From NCBI GenBank assembly GCA_031370005.1, contig JANMPT010000024.1, positions 160,234 to 224,233 of the forward strand: a stretch of 64,000 bases of DNA. The letters run 5' to 3'. The notes beneath the pieces are model-generated. The model saw nothing but the letters and a program-made list of their open reading frames with translations, did no database searches and was not told where the DNA came from. The stretch comes from Bdellovibrionales bacterium. Lineage in GTDB: Bacteria; Bdellovibrionota; Bdellovibrionia; Bdellovibrionales; Bdellovibrionaceae. The translations under genes and the position numbers were made by a program. Of this stretch, positions 58,596 to 64,000 are shown piece after piece (the first letter of the stretch is position 1; each line of letters opens with the position of its first letter).

Positions 58596-59480
58596 CTAAG
58601 TGCGATTTCCAAATTTTAATTTTTCGCGTAACAAGTGGAAAAAGTTGTGTTTGGGTGTTCGTACCACCCAATGATCAAATCCACTTCGTTTTATAATCAC
58701 TTCATCATTCGGAGTTATTTCTGTTTCATTTTGACCGTCCACAACTAGCTGGGCTTTTTGAGTACGGCTATCCATTTTAAAGGACATCTGTAAATCATCT
58801 GGAAAAATCAGTGGCCGACTTGTTAAACTGTGAGGTGCTACTGGAGTCACTACGAAAACTTTTGCCTCTGGATGCAGGATTGGCCCCCCCGCAGCAAGAT
58901 TATAGGCAGTCGAGCCGGTTGGGCTTGCTATGATAAAACCGTCGGCCTTCACTTCGCTGACCAGGAATTTTTCACTATAAATTTCAGCGCTAATTAAATG
59001 ACTTCCCAAGCCTCGTTCAATCACCACATCGTTTAAAGCATGATATTCAGCACGAATTTTGTTCTTGCGGGAAATGAGGACATGAATCATAGAGCGCGGC
59101 CGCAAATCCATTTTATTCTCTAAAGTGAGCTCTAAAATTTTAAAAGTATCTTCGGCTCGATTTCCAGTTAAAAAGCCGAGAGATCCCATATTGATTCCGA
59201 CAATCGGAATTTGGCGGCCTTCAAGGATGCGCACTGCTCGCAAGTAAGTTCCATCACCGCCAAGAGCAATTACTAGGCCAGCTTTATCCAGGGTTGTTTT
59301 GGTTTTTATCGCCTTGGTACCGGGGACTAGTGTTTGTTGAGGAGCTGTAAAAACATCATATCCCTTGGCTTTTAACCAAACAGAAATTTTCTTTGCCAGC
59401 TTAACAGCCTCTGTCGTTTGCAGACGATAAACTAGGGCAATATTTTTATTATCTTTTAACAACAGCTTTTGAGGGCTCAT
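58596..59480 (-). CDS. nadK: NAD kinase
   Basis: GGDGT, GSLGFL, LND and TGSTAY..AAGGP motifs. Confidence 0.95.
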   Translation of the reverse strand: MSPQKLLLKDNKNIALVYRLQTTEAVKLAKKISVWLKAKGYDVFTAPQQTLVPGTKAIKTKTTLDKAGLVIALGGDGTYLRAVRILEGRQIPIVGINMGSLGFLTGNRAEDTFKILELTLENKMDLRPRSMIHVLISRKNKIRAEYHALNDVVIERGLGSHLISAEIYSEKFLVSEVKADGFIIASPTGSTAYNLAAGGPILHPEAKVFVVTPVAPHSLTSRPLIFPDDLQMSFKMDSRTQKAQLVVDGQNETEITPNDEVIIKRSGFDHWVVRTPKHNFFHLLREKLKFGNRT

Positions 59481-61537
59481 TAGACAAGGCCATCCCTTCG
59501 AAGGAGGGCCTGGGGATCGGGTTCGCGACCACGAAATTTTTTGTAAAGCTCCATTGGATGCTCAGTGCCGCCACGACTCAAGACATTGTCTTTGAATTTT
59601 TTTGATACTTCACTATTGAATAAACCTTTTTCCATAAAGTACTCAAAGGCATCAGCATCAAGAACCTCTGCCCATTTGTAACTATAGTAGCCAGCAGAGT
59701 ATCCCCCAGCAAAGATATGACTGAAGGAACATGAGGTATTCGTTCCTGCAATTCTTGGCATAACCCGAGTGGCGCTTGTTGCTTCCGATTCAAAGTCATC
59801 AACGCTGGTGATTTTGTTTGGATCCTGAGTGTGCCAAGCCATATCCAAAAGCCCGAGCTGAACCTGTCGAAGAGAAGACCAACCAGCAAGAAATTTAGAA
59901 GATTTTTTGATTTTCTCAACTAAGTCCAAGGGAATGGGAGCATTGGTCTCGTAGTGTTTTGCAAAAAGATCAAGGCCTTCTTTTTCCCCCACCCAGTTCT
60001 CCATGATCTGAGAAGGCAGTTCTACGAAGTCCCAATATACATTGGCGCCACTCAATGAGCGATAAGTACAATCCGAGAGCATTCCGTGCAAAGCATGACC
60101 GAACTCATGGAATAAAGTTCTGACTTCATCATAAGAAAGTAGAGAAGGTTTTGTTGGCGTGGGCTTAGTAAAGTTACAAACGATACTAACATGGGGACGC
60201 TTTACCTCGCCGCCCAAAAGACCTTGATCGCGAAAAACGGTCATCCAAGCACCGCCCTTTTTGGTCTCGCGCGGGAAGAAGTCTGTGTAGAAAAGGCCGA
60301 TGTATTTGGCGGAGTCTTCTTCAAAAACTTCATAGGCTTTCACTTCGGGGTGATAACCGGGGGCGTCTTTGATTTCTTTAAAGATCAATCCATAAAGACG
60401 GCGCGCATGTTCAAATGCGCCTTGAACGACATTCTCAAGTTTGAAGTAGGGTCGGAGGTCTTCTTCATTAAAAGCATATTTGGATTCTTTTAATTTCTCA
60501 GCGTAGTATCCAAAGTCCCAAGGCTGAAGATCAGAAACACCCTCAGATTGTTTTGCAAAAGCAGTTACTTCTGCAAAGTCTTTTTGTGCAGCTTCTTTAG
60601 AGGGCACCAGCAGCTTTGTCAGGAAGTTTTTTACATTCGTTGAGTCTTTGGCCATTCTTTCTGCTAAGACAAAGTCGGCGTGGGTTTTGAAATCCAAAAG
60701 TTGGGCGCGCTGATGACGAAGTGTCACAATTTTTTTGATAATTTCTTGGTTATCGAATTTGTCAGAGGTTTTTTCGCTGAAAGCTCGTGAGCAATAGGCA
60801 CGCCACATTTTTTCTCGTAAAGTTCGGCTCTTCGCATAAGTTAGAAAAGGTAAGTAGCTTGGAGTTTGCAAATTAAAAAGCCATTGGCCATTGTGTCCTT
60901 TTGATTCAGCAGCTAAGGCTGCTGCCTCGATGGCTCCTTCGGGAAGTCCTTCAAGTTCTGATTTTTTATCTAAAAGCATTTCAAAATTATTTGTCGCTTT
61001 CAAAACGTGTTCAGAGAATTGTGGTCCTAAAACAGAAAGATCCTGATCAATGCGGCGGAGCTTGTCTTTGCCCTCGTTATCAAGCAGGGCACCGTTACGA
61101 GAGAAGGATAAATAAGTTTTCTCAAGGAGTTTCATTTGCTCTTTGTTCAAGTCCAGAGAGTTGCGTTTATCGTAAACGACTTTGACCTTTTTGAAAATTT
61201 CTTCATCAAGACTGACATCGGAGCTAAACGCCGTATATATTGGATACATCGCTTTGGCCAGTGCTTGGTGCTCTTCGCTGGCATTGGCAGCTTCAAGATT
61301 TCCATAGATACCCACGACGCGTTCAACCAGCTCGCTGCATGTTTCAAGTCCTATGATAGTATTCTCAAAACTGGGCTCTGACTTATTTTTTTTAATAAGG
61401 TCTATGTTTTGCTGAGCAGCTTTGATGGACTCTTCTAGTGCTGGAAGAAAATGTTCGGTCTTAATTAAATCAAAGGGAACAGCCTGGTCTCTTAATACAA
61501 AGTTTTTAAGTAATGGATTTTGTTTTGTCATCATCAT
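59480..61537 (-). CDS. dcp: M3A metallopeptidase (peptidyl-dipeptidase Dcp / oligopeptidase A family)
   Basis: FHEFGHALH, DFVELPSQ, FSHIFAGGYSAGYYSY and FRGR motifs. Confidence 0.9.
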   Translation of the reverse strand: MMMTKQNPLLKNFVLRDQAVPFDLIKTEHFLPALEESIKAAQQNIDLIKKNKSEPSFENTIIGLETCSELVERVVGIYGNLEAANASEEHQALAKAMYPIYTAFSSDVSLDEEIFKKVKVVYDKRNSLDLNKEQMKLLEKTYLSFSRNGALLDNEGKDKLRRIDQDLSVLGPQFSEHVLKATNNFEMLLDKKSELEGLPEGAIEAAALAAESKGHNGQWLFNLQTPSYLPFLTYAKSRTLREKMWRAYCSRAFSEKTSDKFDNQEIIKKIVTLRHQRAQLLDFKTHADFVLAERMAKDSTNVKNFLTKLLVPSKEAAQKDFAEVTAFAKQSEGVSDLQPWDFGYYAEKLKESKYAFNEEDLRPYFKLENVVQGAFEHARRLYGLIFKEIKDAPGYHPEVKAYEVFEEDSAKYIGLFYTDFFPRETKKGGAWMTVFRDQGLLGGEVKRPHVSIVCNFTKPTPTKPSLLSYDEVRTLFHEFGHALHGMLSDCTYRSLSGANVYWDFVELPSQIMENWVGEKEGLDLFAKHYETNAPIPLDLVEKIKKSSKFLAGWSSLRQVQLGLLDMAWHTQDPNKITSVDDFESEATSATRVMPRIAGTNTSCSFSHIFAGGYSAGYYSYKWAEVLDADAFEYFMEKGLFNSEVSKKFKDNVLSRGGTEHPMELYKKFRGREPDPQALLRRDGLV

Positions 61538-61619
61538 GATGTAGCACAAAAGATATTGCTCATCAGCATTTACGAAGCCTGTTGCGCCGTATTAATTTAA
61601 TGGATCTAAATTGCTGAAT

Positions 61620-62177
61620 TTATTGCGCTGGCCCAACGCAAATTCCAATACGAGAGGCGCCACCTGTTGTCTGGCAGGTAAGGCCAGCACCACAAGAGTT
61701 CGCTTGGTCGACAAAACAGCTTTGAGCCACGCTTTGGTAGCAGGTATTTTGAGGATAGCCCTGTGAATTACTGATTTGCGGGACGTTAACCCATTGATTA
61801 TTGTTCGCGCCGAGGCCCCAGTAAATAGCGCCGCTTGAATAGGACTGAAAGCTTGAAGTCGCGACGCAACCTAAACCAAACTGACCATTATAAACTGGCC
61901 GTGTGCCATATGGGCAATTGCAAAAGCTTCCATAGTTGCCGCCGTTATTCCAAGTGTAGCTATTGTTAAAAAAGTATGGATTGTTCGGGTAAGCAGAAAA
62001 ACCAGAGTTGCCATAGTACTGATTTGAATTGCAGTAAGTAGTTCCATCCACGCAGTTTGTAGGAGGTGGTGGAGGTGTTGCAACACCATTGCCAGAGTTT
62101 TGGTTATTGGCGCAAGCAACAATAAGGGACGTCGCAGCCAGAGGCATCAGAATGCAGTTTAAAATCCAAGATTTCAT
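61620..62177 (-). CDS. Cys-rich, N/G/Y-rich lipoprotein
   Basis: ATG 62177 after AAGGAG; lipobox LIVA-C; polyproline linker; ten further Cys. Confidence 0.8.
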   Translation of the reverse strand: MKSWILNCILMPLAATSLIVACANNQNSGNGVATPPPPPTNCVDGTTYCNSNQYYGNSGFSAYPNNPYFFNNSYTWNNGGNYGSFCNCPYGTRPVYNGQFGLGCVATSSFQSYSSGAIYWGLGANNNQWVNVPQISNSQGYPQNTCYQSVAQSCFVDQANSCGAGLTCQTTGGASRIGICVGPAQ

Positions 62178-62327
62178 GACAAACTCCTTCAATCCATACG
62201 GACCCATACTCGTTCCTCTACAAGCTGTGTGCCACGACTATTCTTGTTCGCTACTTTGTAAATTTGAAATGAGAGTGAGAATTTTTCAAAACCTTGACAA
62301 AACTTGTCACTTACAGACCAAGGTTGA

Positions 62328-63659
62328 CTAAAGACCAAGCTGGCTCATCGCCTTTTTTCGGGTGTTTGCTTTCCCCTTGTTGAAGTCATTGAGCACGCGG
62401 AACCACGACATCTTTGTGGCGCCGGGTTCAATCCATGACTGCGGTATATAATCTTCACTCGGGTAGATCACCGCTTCAATGTCGTTGAGCATTCTATTAA
62501 AATATAAATAATTTGCTCTCTGATCGAGATCGCTTTGAAACTGTGGAAAAATTTGCTTAAGAGATTTATGAAGCTCTTCGAGTTTCTTAATGGCACTGTC
62601 CCGCACTGTTTGATCTAGCTGTGTGATCAAGTCCGCGTCTTTAATGCCTATGGATTCCAATTCCTTTTTAGCAAAAGCCAACTGAGATGCATAGATGTGG
62701 CTGAAGTTTTTTACAATGTTTCTGTAGTAGATCAAACGAATCACAGTACTGAGAGGCGGGATCTCTCCGACTTGATAGAGCTGGACAGCTCCCATTTGCA
62801 AACAGAAATTATTACGTTGAAGTTGGCGATAGGTTTCACGTAAAGGACTCTTGCCCGTGTCTTCCGGAAGGGGGCTGATTTCACTCCAATAGTATTTCCA
62901 CACAAGCAGTACAGATTGTAGAATATTTTTTTTATTTTCTTCAGACTGGCAGGATTCTATAAAGCTATCAACCTGCGAGAAACCATCTTGAGTCGCAAAA
63001 CTTTGCCCTCGGTGAATAATGAAATCATATTGTGTAGACACATTTTTGATTAATTGCGGAATGAGCTCGCTAGAGGCCGATCGGAAGTGGGGCTCAAGAA
63101 GCAGCATCTGCTCGAGGGTCTTCCCGCTACCGGCATTCGTTGAAATCGGTGCTTTGTCCGCAAAACCTACGATATATTTTGTATTTGCAAAAACGGTATT
63201 ATTACCAAGCAGTAAAGCATCAACATTTGCAAGGGTCCCAGTGTAGCATCCCCAAAGGTACAGAGACTGAAGGGATCTGAAAAAGCTTTGAATCTGGGGC
63301 ATGGCCTCAGGGTCGTCGTAAGGCAGAAGGCTGGTAATTCGGTGAAGGCTAACTTCGCCATTCGTACCGAAATAGCCTTGGTTTTTAACATGGTGACCTG
63401 AAACGACCATAGCACGAGGGCGAACTCCAAGTTTCGCAAGTCGCACGAGATCTTGAGTGAGCTGGGTTGTGTTGTAGCCAGGAGCATTTGTAACTGGCAG
63501 AACGTAAAGCTTTTCTCCAAGCCTATTTGCTGTCGCTTGGACTGCGGGGATTTCAGTGACGCTTCCGTTCATATTAATAAAAATAATATCCCCGTGGGCC
63601 ACCATGGGTGTTGCAAAGTTAATTATAAACAATGTAAGAAGACCAAAGTACCAACGCAT
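62328..63659 (-). CDS. Secreted hypothetical protein, possible clan CD-like His/Cys hydrolase N-domain
   Basis: Signal peptide; MVVSGHH and LYLWGC motifs; helical C-terminus. Confidence 0.7.
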   Translation of the reverse strand: MRWYFGLLTLFIINFATPMVAHGDIIFINMNGSVTEIPAVQATANRLGEKLYVLPVTNAPGYNTTQLTQDLVRLAKLGVRPRAMVVSGHHVKNQGYFGTNGEVSLHRITSLLPYDDPEAMPQIQSFFRSLQSLYLWGCYTGTLANVDALLLGNNTVFANTKYIVGFADKAPISTNAGSGKTLEQMLLLEPHFRSASSELIPQLIKNVSTQYDFIIHRGQSFATQDGFSQVDSFIESCQSEENKKNILQSVLLVWKYYWSEISPLPEDTGKSPLRETYRQLQRNNFCLQMGAVQLYQVGEIPPLSTVIRLIYYRNIVKNFSHIYASQLAFAKKELESIGIKDADLITQLDQTVRDSAIKKLEELHKSLKQIFPQFQSDLDQRANYLYFNRMLNDIEAVIYPSEDYIPQSWIEPGATKMSWFRVLNDFNKGKANTRKKAMSQLGL

Positions 63660-63735
63660 ATAGTGGTTCTTTCAAGTTTCATGCCTTGGGCGTGCTCGTG
63701 GATTGAAGTCTGGCTGAGATGATGGGGGCTTAGAT

Positions 63736-63750
63736 GTCTCATTTTGAGAC
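63736..63750. promoter_or_regulatory. GTCTCA-N3-TGAGAC palindrome (perfect copy)
   Basis: GTCTCATTTTGAGAC, intergenic. Confidence 0.5.
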
Positions 63751-63780
63751 GGTGCCATTTTCGGCTTTCATACCATGCCC

Positions 63781-63999
63781 TCAGGAGTAATCCAAAACCC
63801 GCAGTCGATAAACCCAGCGGTTGAATCTATCCAAGTACTCTTGCCGAGCAATGTAGCCCCTCTCAGCCTGCTCGCGATTGGCCTGAAAATAGCCTTTAAG
63901 CTGCATCTCTTCAAAAGAGCTTTTTAATACCCTCGTAAAGGCTAAGCCCTGCCAAAAGGGAGTCGAGAGTTTGCTTCCGCGATATGATTTAGTGATTTT
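63781..63999 (-). mobile_element. C-terminal part of a probable Y1 HUH transposase (IS200/RAYT-like), truncated by the window edge
   Basis: Own translation: KITKSYRGSKLSTPFWQGLAFTRVLKSSFEEMQLKGYFQANREQAERGYIARQEYLDRFNRWVYRLRVLDYS*. The FWQ..F.R.....Y...N pattern matches the Y1 catalytic-Tyr region; no HUH motif is visible. Confidence 0.55.
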
Positions 64000-64000
64000 T

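Noticed and set aside
1..64000. CRISPR arrays, rRNA, tRNA, prophage or integrase genes
   Set aside because: Intergenic gaps are short (under ~330 bp) and show no repeat-spacer periodicity or cloverleaf; no phage or integrase motifs in the ORFs

Overview
Gene-dense bacterial chromosome segment, inferred (no database search) to come from a Bdellovibrio-like organism (Bdellovibrionota). In order it holds: motAB; a frameshifted DUF2914-type gene; envelope and salvage genes (LspA fused to a HAMP-like module, DacB, lytic transglycosylase, M14 peptidase, PilZ, folA-thyA, pirin, hpt-upp); a division/cell-wall (dcw) cluster from rsmH to ftsZ plus an lpxH-like gene; a glutamyl-tRNA-to-heme cluster with an embedded two-component system; then a phosphatase, recN, nadK, an M3 peptidase and secreted proteins. 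The dcw cluster lacks mraZ and ddl and is interrupted twice by antisense genes. One interruption is a single esterase. The other is a ~7.3 kb, visibly AT-richer block between murF and mraY. It encodes a chorismate mutase/TyrA fusion, DAHP synthase, AroA, an aminotransferase, AroB and an Alg9/PIG-B-like GT-C glycosyltransferase, behind a sigma28-like promoter. Non-coding signals include a perfect 27-bp-arm palindrome with related REP-like copies and a recurrent GTCTCA-N3-TGAGAC palindrome. At the right edge is the C-terminus of a probable Y1 (IS200/RAYT-like) transposase that the ORF track missed. No rRNA, tRNA or CRISPR array was seen.
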